Made by a program: the position numbers and the translations under genes | Part shown: positions 30,901 to 40,725 of the stretch, in pieces | How positions within the stretch are numbered: position 1 is the first letter of the stretch | Layout of the letters: each line of letters starts with the position of its first letter | The notes under the pieces: model-generated | The model's database searches: none | What the model was told of the DNA's origin: nothing | What the model saw: only the letters and a program-made list of their open reading frames with translations | Assembly (NCBI GenBank): GCA_965216565.1 | Contig: OZ244170.1 | Span: forward strand, 1,696,001 to 1,760,000 | Source: Bythopirellula sp. | GTDB taxonomy: Bacteria; Planctomycetota; Planctomycetia; Pirellulales; Lacipirellulaceae | Direction of reading: 5' to 3' | DNA: 64,000 nt

Positions 30901-31088
30901 GCAACGGTATCGGCTACCACTTCGGCGTTGGCCCCAGGGTAGAAACAGGAGACTTGAACCGTGGGCGGGGTGATCTCTGGGAATTTTGCCACCGGCAGTG
31001 CCGACTGGGACACAAGCCCCGCGATGACGATGACGATCGAAATCACGCTGGCAAAGATCGGGCGATGGATGAAAAACCGAGACAGCAC
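27954..31088 (-). CDS. RND efflux permease (HAE1, AcrB/MexF-like)
   Basis: MLSRFFIHRPIFA, GIVVDDAIVVVEN, KNAILIVEFA, RFRAILMT; 1044 aa. Confidence 0.96.
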   Translation of the reverse strand: MLSRFFIHRPIFASVISIVIVIAGLVSQSALPVAKFPEITPPTVQVSCFYPGANAEVVADTVAAPIEQEVNGVEDMIYMSSVSSDDGSYVLTVTFEIGVDMDMATVLVQNRVAIAEAKLPEEVRRQGVTTKKQSTSIIQFIAFTSSNPSHDSLFLGNFATRSIKDELSRIRGVGSVTVFGAADYSMRVWLNPNLLKARNLTTEDVVAAISEQNVQVAAGRLGEPPAKADFELVINTLGRLSDVEQFENLIIKTSGQRITRVKDVARVELGAKDYKFRSTFKGQPCATLGIYQLPGANALEVADKIGQTLSDLEQGFPEGLKYDIPFDTTKFVDASISEVFETLLIAVILVVVVIYIFLQDWRATIVPCAAIPVALIGTFAVMGLLGFSINTLTLFGVVLAIGIVVDDAIVVVENTDRYLGEGFAPREAAEKAMEEITGPVIATTLVLLAVFVPTAFMGGITGQLYRQFALTISAAVLLSTINALTLSPALCAIFMRKLEGKKNIFFRAFNRVFDKVTGVYSFVIGGFVRRVALVLLLFAGLIGLTALGYMQIPTGFLPSEDQGYCFANIQLPDAASQSRTVEVMEQLDKIVKDTPGVADWVSIVGFSLLSGNNGGNLGLMAIIYEPWEDRTDPELSQDAIVAHLRREFSKVQDGYVFAFVPPPIDGLGSAGGFQMQLQDQGGIGLSELQTIANEMVADGNAQTGLVGLNTTIRANVPQLFVDVNRTKVKTLDVPLSSVFNTLQSFLGSTYVNDFNKLGRVYQVRIQADNEFRKEPSDIDRLRVRNKRGEMVPIGTFVDIEEDFGPQVIQRYLLYPSAQINGQPAPGYSSGQAMAMMEGMAAQKLPPSVGYKWTGMSYQEKEATGGQALIFGLAVVFVFLVLAAQYESWTSPAAVISVVPLAVLGVVIALLVRGADNNVYTQIGIVLLVALASKNAILIVEFASEQRRSGLGIRESAQQAAKMRFRAILMTAFSSILGFLPLLVASGAGSASRQAVGNSVVGGMCAATLFSLMFVPTFFVVFRSISEWFAPAPAKQTSAGKNGSV

Positions 31089-31091
31089 TAT

Positions 31092-32426
31092 TTATCGCTC
31101 CGAGGATTCTTGAGTTGCAGCGGGCTCGGTTGGCTTGTTTTCAGGAGCCATCTCTGTGGATTCCTTCACACGCCTCGACTGACTCGCCTGTTGGGGAGTC
31201 ACTTTTGCACCTGGGCGGGCACGCTGCACTCCGTTGACGATCACGCGATCATTAACGGTGATGTCGCCCTTCACAGCTTGCAATCCTTCGTATTTGCCAG
31301 CCAACTCTACATTGCGTCTGGTCACTGTATTCGAGCTGTCGACGATTAATAGATAAGCGCCCGACTGATCCCGACCTACGGCTCGCGGATCGATCAGCGT
31401 GGCCTCGATTTCTTCACCCGGCACATTAATCCGAGCGAACGCCCCCGGTGGAATCAGCTTTTTCTTATTCGGCACAATACCTCGAATAAGGTAGGTGCCT
31501 GTGCTCTCGTCAACAGCCAGATCGCTGTACTCCGCGATACCTTCGTGGGGATAACCGTCGTCGGTTCCTAAACCGATTAATATTGGTTTTTGCAGCTTCA
31601 CCTCATCCCGTGTCTGATCTTCTAATTCCTTGGCTTGCTCTTGGATAAAATTGAGCAAGGCGTTTTCATTCACGTTGAAATAGACATAGATCGGATCGTA
31701 TTTGACAATCCGAGTGAGCACGGTGGATTCACCGGCGCCTACCAGGTTCCCTAAGTCGACAAGCTTGCGACCGGCACGCCCATCAATGGGCGAGCGAACG
31801 GTGCAATAGCCCAAATCAAGTTCTGCTTGAGCCACTAGTGCTTGAGCGGCGGCAATCTCGGCTTCCGCAGAGGTGATCGCCGCTTTCGCAGAGTCCGCTG
31901 TGGCCCGTGCGGTGAGTACAGCGGTACGTTTCGATTCGACTTCTTCCGGAGTCACTGCTCCCGGCGAAACTTTGATGGCCCTCTCCACACGTGTCAATTG
32001 CGACTCGGCATTGCGGACTTCGGCAGTGGCCCGTTTCACTTCCGCCTTGGCACTTTCCAGCCTGGCTAGAGCCAACTTCTCACTTGCTTTGGCTTGATTC
32101 AGTACGGCACGGAAGGGCTCTGGATCGATTTCAAACAGCAGATCGCCCTGCTTAATTGCCATTCCTTCATCAAAATGGATGCTATTGAGAAAGCCTTCGA
32201 CGCGTGCGCGGATATCGACCAATTCGTAGGCTTCCGTCGTACCAGTGAATTCGACTGATTCAACGACAGTACGCACCTCGGGATTGGCCACAGTCACCGG
32301 CGGGGGTGGCGGTTCTTGATATTCGTTTGGCTGTTGGCAACCAATGACCGCAGCGCAGCAAAGCACCAGTAAGCAGCAATACACGCTCGCGAAATTACGT
32401 CGCGTTTGACTGGACCAGCAAACCAT
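31092..32426 (-). CDS. RND periplasmic adaptor (membrane fusion lipoprotein)
   Basis: Start re-assigned to MVCWSS (GAGG RBS); lipobox VIGC; IRARVEGFL, LFEIDP, VRSPIDG. Confidence 0.92.
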   Translation of the reverse strand: MVCWSSQTRRNFASVYCCLLVLCCAAVIGCQQPNEYQEPPPPPVTVANPEVRTVVESVEFTGTTEAYELVDIRARVEGFLNSIHFDEGMAIKQGDLLFEIDPEPFRAVLNQAKASEKLALARLESAKAEVKRATAEVRNAESQLTRVERAIKVSPGAVTPEEVESKRTAVLTARATADSAKAAITSAEAEIAAAQALVAQAELDLGYCTVRSPIDGRAGRKLVDLGNLVGAGESTVLTRIVKYDPIYVYFNVNENALLNFIQEQAKELEDQTRDEVKLQKPILIGLGTDDGYPHEGIAEYSDLAVDESTGTYLIRGIVPNKKKLIPPGAFARINVPGEEIEATLIDPRAVGRDQSGAYLLIVDSSNTVTRRNVELAGKYEGLQAVKGDITVNDRVIVNGVQRARPGAKVTPQQASQSRRVKESTEMAPENKPTEPAATQESSER

Positions 32427-32596
32427 GGAGAACCTCAATCCACTTCTAACTTGGACATTTCCGGTAACATGTCCATAGTAACCAGCTGAGAACCGGGACG
32501 CCATTAAGTACAGCTCAGATATAGAGGATATCGAGCTTGGAACGCTGAGACGGTTTCCTGAGTTGCAGAGGTTTGCCGCCACTCTGCTCGCTGGCT

Positions 32597-33787
32597 TCAG
32601 GCAAATACCCGTCGCTGTCGAAAAACTAGTCCTGAAATACTCGCCGTCAGAGCGAACAGCACGGAAGCTGGTTCGGGGACTGAGCTGAGTGCGCTTGGTG
32701 TGGTTCCAAACTGTGTCTGCCATGTTAGAAAATCGAACCCATCGACAACCATGTTATTGTCAGCATCGCCGATTGCTTTGGTTGCCGAGAATGTGCCGTA
32801 GTTGGTTTCCCAGATTGCTAAGTCGGCTCCATCAACGAATCCATCTTCGTTGAAGTCGGCAGCTGCAAAGTTGGCTGGGGCCAGCGTGTACCCCAAATCA
32901 GCCATCATAGCTACGTCCAGGTCGCTCATGAAAATCTGTTCGGGCACCGAAGAGCTTGCTTCCGGGAGCATGAGGTCGCCAACAAATTCGAAGGCATCGC
33001 GATCCAAGTGCGACCCGGTCGATCCCTCTTCATAGACTGCAGGAGCATGAATCTGCACCGGTCCGGCGCCCAACGGATTGGCAGCGACAGCACCGGCACC
33101 GGTAAAGAACAAATTGTCACTCACGAGTGCCGCGCTACGGCCTGAGTTGTTTAGCGAAGTAACGGGCGTTGTTCCTCTTTCCAAGAAAGTATCGAAGATG
33201 CTCGGTATACCATCGAAGTAGGTGCCATCCTGCAAGATGTCGCTGAGAAAACCTAAGCCATGCAGAATCTCGTGAACACTGGTGCTGAATAGGCTCTCTT
33301 TGATTCCGCTGGGCGGATTGAGCATGTCGTAGTCCCAGTCAGTGTTAACATCGAAATCGGCAACGACCACGGCACCAGTGAATTCTTCCGTTTGTGCCAA
33401 ATGATTGGCAAGCGATGCCGGATACCAAATCCCGGCTGTTCCGCCGCTGAACGTTGCTCCATCATCTCCACTCGTGGGTCCCGCCGATGCGATGCCGCCC
33501 GCTAAGGGATCGAATGTCGCTTCGACAATCCATGTTTCCCCAGCAAAGGAGGGATCGAAAAAGCTACCTAAGTGATCGCCTGCCGCTTGCAGGACAATAC
33601 GACGGGCTTCACCAATGGTGGATGCCGAGGGGACGTCGGGATCGCTCAAGGGAGTGGTATCGAAGAAACCTTCTCCCGGACTGTCCAGAAAATTGAAGCT
33701 AACCGGTATTGCGGCGTCAACCGAGCATGCAAAAAACAAGACACCAGCTACAACAACAGCCCCACAGCTTTTACAAAACTTCCTCAC
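32597..33787 (-). CDS. PEP-CTERM surface protein with HExxH metalloprotease-like domain and dockerin-like repeats
   Basis: HEILHGLGF, GSHLD...LM; DFNEDGFVDGADL / DADNNMVVDGFDFLTWQ; VPEP-TM-RQRR; GTG start with GAGG RBS. Confidence 0.85.
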   Translation of the reverse strand: MRKFCKSCGAVVVAGVLFFACSVDAAIPVSFNFLDSPGEGFFDTTPLSDPDVPSASTIGEARRIVLQAAGDHLGSFFDPSFAGETWIVEATFDPLAGGIASAGPTSGDDGATFSGGTAGIWYPASLANHLAQTEEFTGAVVVADFDVNTDWDYDMLNPPSGIKESLFSTSVHEILHGLGFLSDILQDGTYFDGIPSIFDTFLERGTTPVTSLNNSGRSAALVSDNLFFTGAGAVAANPLGAGPVQIHAPAVYEEGSTGSHLDRDAFEFVGDLMLPEASSSVPEQIFMSDLDVAMMADLGYTLAPANFAAADFNEDGFVDGADLAIWETNYGTFSATKAIGDADNNMVVDGFDFLTWQTQFGTTPSALSSVPEPASVLFALTASISGLVFRQRRVFA

Positions 33788-34004
33788 GCCTGCTACCTCT
33801 TCGGTGTATCCTCTAGAACTGCAACTCATCTGATTATATAGCAAACCTCGTACTGAGCGCGGCAGGGATGAGAAAACTACGGGTGTTACCTATCTCCTAG
33901 AAACGTTCTTGCGATCGCGCCCTCTCCTAAGCAAATAACGAAGACTGGTTCGCATAGCCGCGATTGCTTGTCTGTTCCATTTCAAGGACAGAGATTATCC
34001 ATTG

Positions 34005-35207
34005 CTAGTCGTCGCCCAGTGTAGTCGGTAGAGGTCCGCCGTTTTCAGCAGTTTGCTCGAATTCCGCCAATCGCTCACTTAGCTGCTCCAACTCATGGGG
34101 ACAACGAATGGCTACGTCGTTATGCTCCCAACGATCGTCCGGTTTGGCAAAAAGTTCGGACTGGCCGGCGGGATCGTGACGCAACATCCAGTCTGGAGTC
34201 ACCAGCGCACGCTGTCCGCTTTCGCCAGCCGCAACAGCCACTTCGCGCGGCAACGTTGGTTCGACTTCCAAAGCAGGCAATACGGATTGGCCATCTCTTA
34301 CCGACGGCGCTTCGATCCCTAACCAATCCAACCATGTCGCGTGAATATCCGCCGGCTGTGCAAGTCCTCCAATTCTGGGACGAGGCTCCTGGTCGTCACA
34401 CACATGCATCAGCCAAGGTAAATGCAACTGCTCGCTATACAACTGCCGCTGATCGTGGCCGACGTGCCCATGTTCTCCTAGCGAAAACCCGCTGGCACTC
34501 GTAAGCATCATAAGTGCTTCGCGATCGCTCATGGATTCTTCAATGGAATTCCACAACGCACCAAAGCATGAATCAATAACTGTCATTTGAGCCGCATAGG
34601 CGGTGCGGAACAGTAGGAGTCGATCTGGATCATCGATCGCCTTGGTCTCCAGCGGAGGTTCTACGAAATCCAACGCCTCGGGATCGTCTTCATCAAGCAA
34701 TTCCGCTCGCAACTCATGAGGCGCATCCCAAGCACCGAGCAGACCGCGACTGTGAATCCACGTAACACTGCCGGCACCATCGTCATGCCAGTTTTCTAAT
34801 TGCTCGATTGCCTTGCCACAGAACCCTGCAAAGGCGGTCTCCACAATGTCTTCCGCCGCCGCGGCTTGGGGAGAATCTACCACTAGGAGCGCGTCGGCTG
34901 GAAATTGGTCGCTAAGACTCGGATCGTCGGTAATCAACCGCATTGGCGTGTCGTGATTTTGTAGCAAGTTGCGCAGCGACGGTTGATTTTCACAAAAGCT
35001 GTCCGTTCTCAGTGCGTGTGTGCCATGCCAGGCAGAGCGATAGAAGTTCTTGGCAATTGGCGAATCGGCCCATAGCCGCTCGACGACAGACGAGCGACTC
35101 GCGAATTCGTCGAAACTAGGTGTGCGGCTGCTGGTGTTTCCATAACATCCCAGTGCGCTCGCCCTCAGGCCGTCGATCACCACACAGATTGCATGCCTGC
35201 CATTCAT
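34005..35207 (-). CDS. Sulfatase-fold protein with degenerate active site
   Basis: VVIDGLRASALGCYGN..TPSFDEFA, LGEHG, LYSEQLHLP; lacks C/SxPxR. Confidence 0.85.
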   Translation of the reverse strand: MNGRHAICVVIDGLRASALGCYGNTSSRTPSFDEFASRSSVVERLWADSPIAKNFYRSAWHGTHALRTDSFCENQPSLRNLLQNHDTPMRLITDDPSLSDQFPADALLVVDSPQAAAAEDIVETAFAGFCGKAIEQLENWHDDGAGSVTWIHSRGLLGAWDAPHELRAELLDEDDPEALDFVEPPLETKAIDDPDRLLLFRTAYAAQMTVIDSCFGALWNSIEESMSDREALMMLTSASGFSLGEHGHVGHDQRQLYSEQLHLPWLMHVCDDQEPRPRIGGLAQPADIHATWLDWLGIEAPSVRDGQSVLPALEVEPTLPREVAVAAGESGQRALVTPDWMLRHDPAGQSELFAKPDDRWEHNDVAIRCPHELEQLSERLAEFEQTAENGGPLPTTLGDD

Positions 35208-35345
35208 GCCAAGAGTATACGGAGGCTACAACTGGCAGGGCAGGGGGCTGATGAAACATCCGCTGCCAAAGATAACCTGGTAGCGCGGTTGCGATTTTCT
35301 GAAAACTGCGAACCAGACGGCAGGCGGCAGTTGGGGCCGTAGCTT

Positions 35346-36143
35346 TCAGGCGGGATGCCTACGCGGACGGGCAGCAAACTCTTGCCACACAAGCTTGGGA
35401 AAGATCCAGGCGTCGCGAAGATAACGGCGACCCAGGCGAGTTGGTTCACTCGCCAACCGGTGCAGCCATTCCAGACCCACTTGCTGCATCCAGCGTGGTG
35501 AACGGCTCTTTTCTCCCGCCAGAAAATCGATTGTGGCGCCAATGCAAAGCGCTGCTGGTGCTTGCAGTTGATCGGCGTGACGGCTAATCCACAATTCTTG
35601 CTTAGGCGCCCCCAGTCCGATCAAGACTACGTCGGGGCGAGCCTCAGCAACCGCATCGAGTATCTTTTGATTTTCGCAATCGTCTTTTTCAAAACCCAGA
35701 GGAGGTGACAGTGTACCGACGACCTCAATATTCGACCAACGCTGATTAATTTGCTCCGCGGCGCGATTGCCGACGCCTGGAGCTGCACCTAGCAAAAAGA
35801 CTTTCAACGGGCGACTACCGCTCTCAGATTCCGCCCGGTCAAACAAGGCGGGAACCAAATCGCTTCCCGCGACACGTTCAGGGAGCGCCCGGCGAAGCAA
35901 CTTCGAGGCCAACACCACCGGGGCTCCGTCCGCCAGCACAAGACCCGCCCCGTGATAGGCGGCACGTAGTTCTTCGCTTTCTTGGTACATTACCACATGG
36001 TCGACATTCGGCGTCACCACATATCGGCACGAAGTGTTCGCTTTTTCCTGTGCCCAACTCCAAACAGTATCAACCGCCACAGGCATGGTGACGTCGTCAA
36101 TCGACATACCGAATAGCTGAATTTTGGTGCTTTGTTGATTCAT
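35346..36143 (-). CDS. WecB/TagA/CpsF family glycosyltransferase
   Basis: VVTPNVDH, LADG.PVV, RVAGSDL, GLGAPKQE, GLEWLHRL..EPTRL.RRY. Confidence 0.95.
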   Translation of the reverse strand: MNQQSTKIQLFGMSIDDVTMPVAVDTVWSWAQEKANTSCRYVVTPNVDHVVMYQESEELRAAYHGAGLVLADGAPVVLASKLLRRALPERVAGSDLVPALFDRAESESGSRPLKVFLLGAAPGVGNRAAEQINQRWSNIEVVGTLSPPLGFEKDDCENQKILDAVAEARPDVVLIGLGAPKQELWISRHADQLQAPAALCIGATIDFLAGEKSRSPRWMQQVGLEWLHRLASEPTRLGRRYLRDAWIFPKLVWQEFAARPRRHPA

Positions 36144-36175
36144 TTCTATTCCTTGATTTGCGGCAGTGGCGTTTT

Positions 36176-37624
36176 TCACCCACCCGCAAGTCTCTGGTTT
36201 CCAATTGCTTGGGTTCCTACTCGCAGGGCAGTGCCGCCAATCTGGGGTTCCCTGTTAGTTGCAGCGACCGTACTCCGCAGCGGGCCATACCAGCCAACTG
36301 CGGACCCCGCAACGAAAAACAACAACCACTGCTCGTTGGGTAGTAGCGACAGATCGTGAAACACGCCGTTCGTGACATAAACGATTAAGATTGCCAAAGA
36401 CAATAGACCATGTGCTCGCAGCCACTCGGGACAATTCGCATCGCGGAACATCTGCCAAGCCGTGCGGCCCCAGGCCACTAGCAAGGCAACAAACAGACTC
36501 AAGCCGATTAAGCCCGTTTCCGTAAGGATGCTCAAGAAAGTATTGTGATGATCGAGGTGACGAATCGATTCGAGCTCGAGCTGCTGGCTACGGTCGGCCA
36601 GATAGGGCAACTTCTTATCGAAGAATCGTTGGAAGCCACAACCCACCAGCGGATCGTCTGCAAACATCCGCATCGACACAACTAAGAAGGTTTGCCGTTG
36701 GTAGACCGAGTGACTAGCCGAGCCGTTGGAATCCTGGCGGTTCATATTAATGAGCTTGTCGCCCATCATCACGACACCCAAGAGTCCAGCAATTGCGACC
36801 CCGCCAAACAGCACAGGTCGCCACGACCGAGGGAAATGCAAGAAGGGAACCAAGGCTAGCGTCAGTGCGAGTGCCAGCCAACTCGACCGGGTGTAAGTAA
36901 ACAGCAGCGCCAAGCCCATCAACCCCATCGCCGCGACAAGTGCCAGACGCGTTGGACGGTTGACGCGTGACCAGAGAAACCAGCACGCCCAAAAACATAC
37001 CGAGAGAAAAATTCCTAAACTCACCGAGTTGAGAGCTGGGCCGCGAGCACGTCCGAAGTGAGCTCCGAGCTCAGGGTCAGCAATAAAGCGGGGGAAAACG
37101 GCCCACCACTGTGCAGTGACCTCGCCAATGCCGGTGACTGCCAGAAACACTCCCATCCCACCCAGGGCAAACAAGAGAGTCTTCCAAGGCCTTTCGCCAA
37201 ACTCGACCGTGCGCGTAACTAAATAAAGGGCCAACGGTACCCAGAAGCATTCGATCAATCGCCAGAGGGGCGACACACTTTGCGGAACGTTCTCTGGGTA
37301 CGAAGTTGTCACAAATCGAAGTGTGACATAACCCACGAACAGAACGGCCAGCCAATCGGCTCCTACCAAGGGACGAAATTTAATCAGCCCTTGTCGCCAA
37401 CGCCAAAGCATCACCATCACCAGACCGGCGATAAATACGCGACCGGCGGTTAGAGTGATCGGTCCCAATTCGAGTCGCCAAAAGTTATGCGAAAGCACAT
37501 AACCGACCAGCAATGTGGCGGTGCAACCCACCAATAGCGAACCTCGCCACGCGTAGACAAACCCCCAGACGGCTGCAGCAAGCACCAAGATTGCTAAGAT
37601 GACTTCCAAGGGGCCCGCTTCCAA
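36176..37624 (-). CDS. O-antigen ligase / Wzy-like polymerase
   Basis: Multi-TM; TYTRSSW, PLVGCGF, HNTFLSILTETGLIG. Confidence 0.9.
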   Translation of the reverse strand: MEAGPLEVILAILVLAAAVWGFVYAWRGSLLVGCTATLLVGYVLSHNFWRLELGPITLTAGRVFIAGLVMVMLWRWRQGLIKFRPLVGADWLAVLFVGYVTLRFVTTSYPENVPQSVSPLWRLIECFWVPLALYLVTRTVEFGERPWKTLLFALGGMGVFLAVTGIGEVTAQWWAVFPRFIADPELGAHFGRARGPALNSVSLGIFLSVCFWACWFLWSRVNRPTRLALVAAMGLMGLALLFTYTRSSWLALALTLALVPFLHFPRSWRPVLFGGVAIAGLLGVVMMGDKLINMNRQDSNGSASHSVYQRQTFLVVSMRMFADDPLVGCGFQRFFDKKLPYLADRSQQLELESIRHLDHHNTFLSILTETGLIGLSLFVALLVAWGRTAWQMFRDANCPEWLRAHGLLSLAILIVYVTNGVFHDLSLLPNEQWLLFFVAGSAVGWYGPLRSTVAATNREPQIGGTALRVGTQAIGNQRLAGG

Positions 37625-37672
37625 TATCGAGAGTGAGTTGTCCTATCAAGAGCAACGGCCTGCAACATCACG

Positions 37673-39208
37673 CTAGGTGGCAGACTTGCCATTGCCATTG
37701 GAATGGATCGATTCATAAGGTGTATACGTCACTCCCGAGGGGAAGTCGAACTGATCCGAATCACTCTTCGCTGTAGATCTCGTCTGGTTGGTTGCCGTTG
37801 GGACTGGTGCGGTTTGCAACGATTCGGAGACCTGTGCAGCTTCCGTCCCATTAGGTGAGGACGACTCAATGGGTGTGACGGTCAGAAAGGTCCAGCCTAG
37901 GCCAAGGATCAGCCCAGAAACCGCTCCCAGGAAAACAACACTCACGCGGCGTGGTCCGACCGGGTTCGTGCCGGCGTCCGGGGTATCGAGCGTCGAGACT
38001 AGCTTGGCACTAAGTGCCGCCGCCTGTTGTGCCCGGGCTTCGGTTAGTTGCTCGCGGGCCTGGTCTAGTACCTTGCGGCTATTCTCGACGGCTGCCACAT
38101 GATTGGAGTATTCGGCACGTCGCTCGGCCAACTTCGCCAAACGTTTGCTCAGTAGTCGTTGCTTGTCCTTCAGGTCGACAAATCGTTGTCTTCCCAAGCC
38201 AAGTTCAACCTCAACACCCTGAATGGCTACTGCCAGTTCCTTGTGTAAATCTTTGCGAATGTGTTCGACCGCTTCGCCCGCTGCAATCACCTGCGGATGC
38301 TGCTCGGTGCGGGTTCCTCCAACACGGGCAGCACGCAGTTGAGCGTCGAGCAGTCCATCCTTCATGCTCCGCAATGTCGGCTGAGAGATGAGCAGGCTAT
38401 TGGGCATGGCCACTAGCTGTTGGGGATCTTTCTGCGAAGACTTCAGAACCACCAGAAGTTGCTCCGCATCGCGAACCTTGGCGGCAATTTCGCGGCTTTC
38501 GCTTTCGAGTTGCACGGCCTGCTGACGCAAGTCGCTTTGGCCACTGGTAGCGGAGTTAAGCATTCTTAACTCGGCCAAGTCGGCACCCACCTGGGCTTCC
38601 AATCCTGCCAATCGAGCTGTGTCATTGGACTGCGCCTCTCGGGCGAGATCAACCTGCTGCTGCAACTCTGTTATGAGGCTCTGAGCACGCTCGTTGCGTA
38701 GCTGACGTAGGCGAACGTCGAGCTGATGGCTCAACTCACCGACAAGTTGAACGGCTCGTTCTCGATTCTTGTCTTTCACACCAAGATAGAAAACCTCGGT
38801 CTTGCCAAACTCGGCACCGCCGGGTGGCAGCATGCTGAGACGTTTGCGGAGCGATTCGATTTGCTCATCTGTCACTGGTTTGTTGGCTGCCTTGCCTTGG
38901 GCAACGCTTTTCAAAGTTTCGCTAATCACTTGACGACTCTTCACGAGTTCCAGAATCGTTTCCTGGAAAGTACGCATCTGGTAGAGGTCGGCAAATTGGC
39001 CCAGCCGTCCAGACTCGGAAGTAGTTGCTTCCTGCCGAACCACCAACGCCTGATTGGCTTCCCAGTAGCGAGTCATAACCAAGGCATAGGCCGTGGCCAG
39101 GATGGCACAAACAATGGTAGGAATCATCCAGCGGTGCCGATGCTCGGCTAAGAGGTTGATGCACTCTTTGGGAGTCAATCCGGCATTCGCATTATCAGTT
39201 GAAAGCAT
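37673..39208 (-). CDS. Polysaccharide co-polymerase (Wzz/GumC-like), no kinase domain
   Basis: Two TM helices flanking a coiled coil, HPQV motif, PVGPRR before second TM; start MLSTD with AAGGA RBS. Confidence 0.88.
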   Translation of the reverse strand: MLSTDNANAGLTPKECINLLAEHRHRWMIPTIVCAILATAYALVMTRYWEANQALVVRQEATTSESGRLGQFADLYQMRTFQETILELVKSRQVISETLKSVAQGKAANKPVTDEQIESLRKRLSMLPPGGAEFGKTEVFYLGVKDKNRERAVQLVGELSHQLDVRLRQLRNERAQSLITELQQQVDLAREAQSNDTARLAGLEAQVGADLAELRMLNSATSGQSDLRQQAVQLESESREIAAKVRDAEQLLVVLKSSQKDPQQLVAMPNSLLISQPTLRSMKDGLLDAQLRAARVGGTRTEQHPQVIAAGEAVEHIRKDLHKELAVAIQGVEVELGLGRQRFVDLKDKQRLLSKRLAKLAERRAEYSNHVAAVENSRKVLDQAREQLTEARAQQAAALSAKLVSTLDTPDAGTNPVGPRRVSVVFLGAVSGLILGLGWTFLTVTPIESSSPNGTEAAQVSESLQTAPVPTATNQTRSTAKSDSDQFDFPSGVTYTPYESIHSNGNGKSAT

Positions 39209-39543
39209 GGTGGTTCCTTCTCGCGGGTCGGAATCTGGCTGGAGGGTCTGGGTGGGACCTTGTTTGGCGGATGAAGTCGCAATTCCCGCGCCTGGGGCCA
39301 ATCGGCTTGGCCAGACGGTCCCGGAAAAGCCCCCAATCTGCAGTTTTCCAGCGTTTTCGTGCTACTTTTCCCGGTGATTGGCACCGCAGCTCCAGATGTA
39401 ACGGTCGTTGTGGAAAAACAACATGATGCGGCGAGTAAACACTTTTCATCCTCTCTTAGCAGGTCGCGAGGGCCTGCCGCTGACCTATTCTTTAGGGTCC
39501 GCTGCGCTATTGCCGCACTTAGAAAACAAGAAAAGTAGAACGC

Positions 39544-40707
39544 ATGTATATCCAAACAATCACCGACCTGGAAAATCTCGAAGTCACCAGCGAGCGTTGG
39601 GACACTCTCGCGGGTAGCTGTGTGTTCCGCAGCTGGACCTGGCTCAGCACTTGGTGGAAACACTACGGAGCTGATGCTTCGCGGAAACTGCACATCATCC
39701 AAGTATGGGAGGGCGAACCTCGTCCGCAGTGCGCCTCGCCCGCCACCGAGCCAGCTACTGAGACGGACCACAGCAAGCTTGCGGCGATTTTGCCTTGCTA
39801 TCTCGAGACAACCGTCTCACGTGGCAAAGTGCTCAAGCTATTGGGCGACGGAGAAGTTTGCAGCGATCACCTCGATCTGCTGGTAACAGCCACCAATGCT
39901 AAGCGGTGTGGCGGAGCAATAGCCGATCACCTCTGTGGTAGCGGAGCAGACTGGGACTTGATCGATTTCCCCACGCTCGATGTTGCCTGCGAGCAAACGA
40001 AAATTACGGCATTGATCCAAGCCCTACAGCAGGCCGGCTGCCACACCACTCAAACCGCCGACCTCAACACTTGGTCGATCGATCTACCCGAGACCTGGGA
40101 AGACTTTCTGGCCCTGCAATCCAAATCGCACCGCAAACAACTGCGTCGCCTGCAAAAGCGAGTGCTGGACACCGGCGACTGCCACTGGCATCAGGTAAAA
40201 CTTCTGGAGGACTTTGATGCCGCTTGGGAAATTCTCATCGACCTGCACCAGAAACGTCGTATCAGCCTGGGAGAGCCCGGTTGCTTTGCCTCAGAGGGTT
40301 GGAGCGAGTTTCATCGCGATGTCGCTCGGAAGTTGCTGGCTGAGGGTCGACTGCGACTAAGTTGGCTAGAGTTGGCCGGCGAGCCGATAGCCGCGGAATA
40401 CCATTTTGCCGGCGGTCGCACTAGCTTTGTTTATCAAGGCGGACTCGATCCTGAAAGGCTCGACGAAGAACCCGGTAGGCTCTCGCTGATTCGCTGCATT
40501 CAGCACGCCATCGAGGAAGGACACCGCAAGTTTGACCTCCTGCGTGGCGACGAACCCTACAAGCCCCATTGGCGTGCCGTCGCGCGCGAAACTGCCCACG
40601 TCCAAGTAGTTCCCAACCGTCAAAGTGCCAAATTGAGGTACCACACTTGGTCGTCGGTGCGTGGCGCTGCTCGTTGGGTCCGACAAGTCGCTCATTTGTT
40701 TAGTTAA
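39544..40707 (+). CDS. GNAT N-acyltransferase, CelD/BcsL-like
   Basis: FRSWTWLSTWW, CSDHLD, LPETWEDFL..QSKSHRKQLRR, FDLLRGDEPYK. Confidence 0.9.
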   Translation: MYIQTITDLENLEVTSERWDTLAGSCVFRSWTWLSTWWKHYGADASRKLHIIQVWEGEPRPQCASPATEPATETDHSKLAAILPCYLETTVSRGKVLKLLGDGEVCSDHLDLLVTATNAKRCGGAIADHLCGSGADWDLIDFPTLDVACEQTKITALIQALQQAGCHTTQTADLNTWSIDLPETWEDFLALQSKSHRKQLRRLQKRVLDTGDCHWHQVKLLEDFDAAWEILIDLHQKRRISLGEPGCFASEGWSEFHRDVARKLLAEGRLRLSWLELAGEPIAAEYHFAGGRTSFVYQGGLDPERLDEEPGRLSLIRCIQHAIEEGHRKFDLLRGDEPYKPHWRAVARETAHVQVVPNRQSAKLRYHTWSSVRGAARWVRQVAHLFS

Positions 40708-40725
40708 ACTATCCAGAGAATTTCT

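Noticed and set aside
32427..32723. N-terminal extension of the 543-aa RND adaptor ORF
   Set aside because: It overlaps the upstream PEP-CTERM gene; the RBS and lipoprotein signal support a start at 32426.
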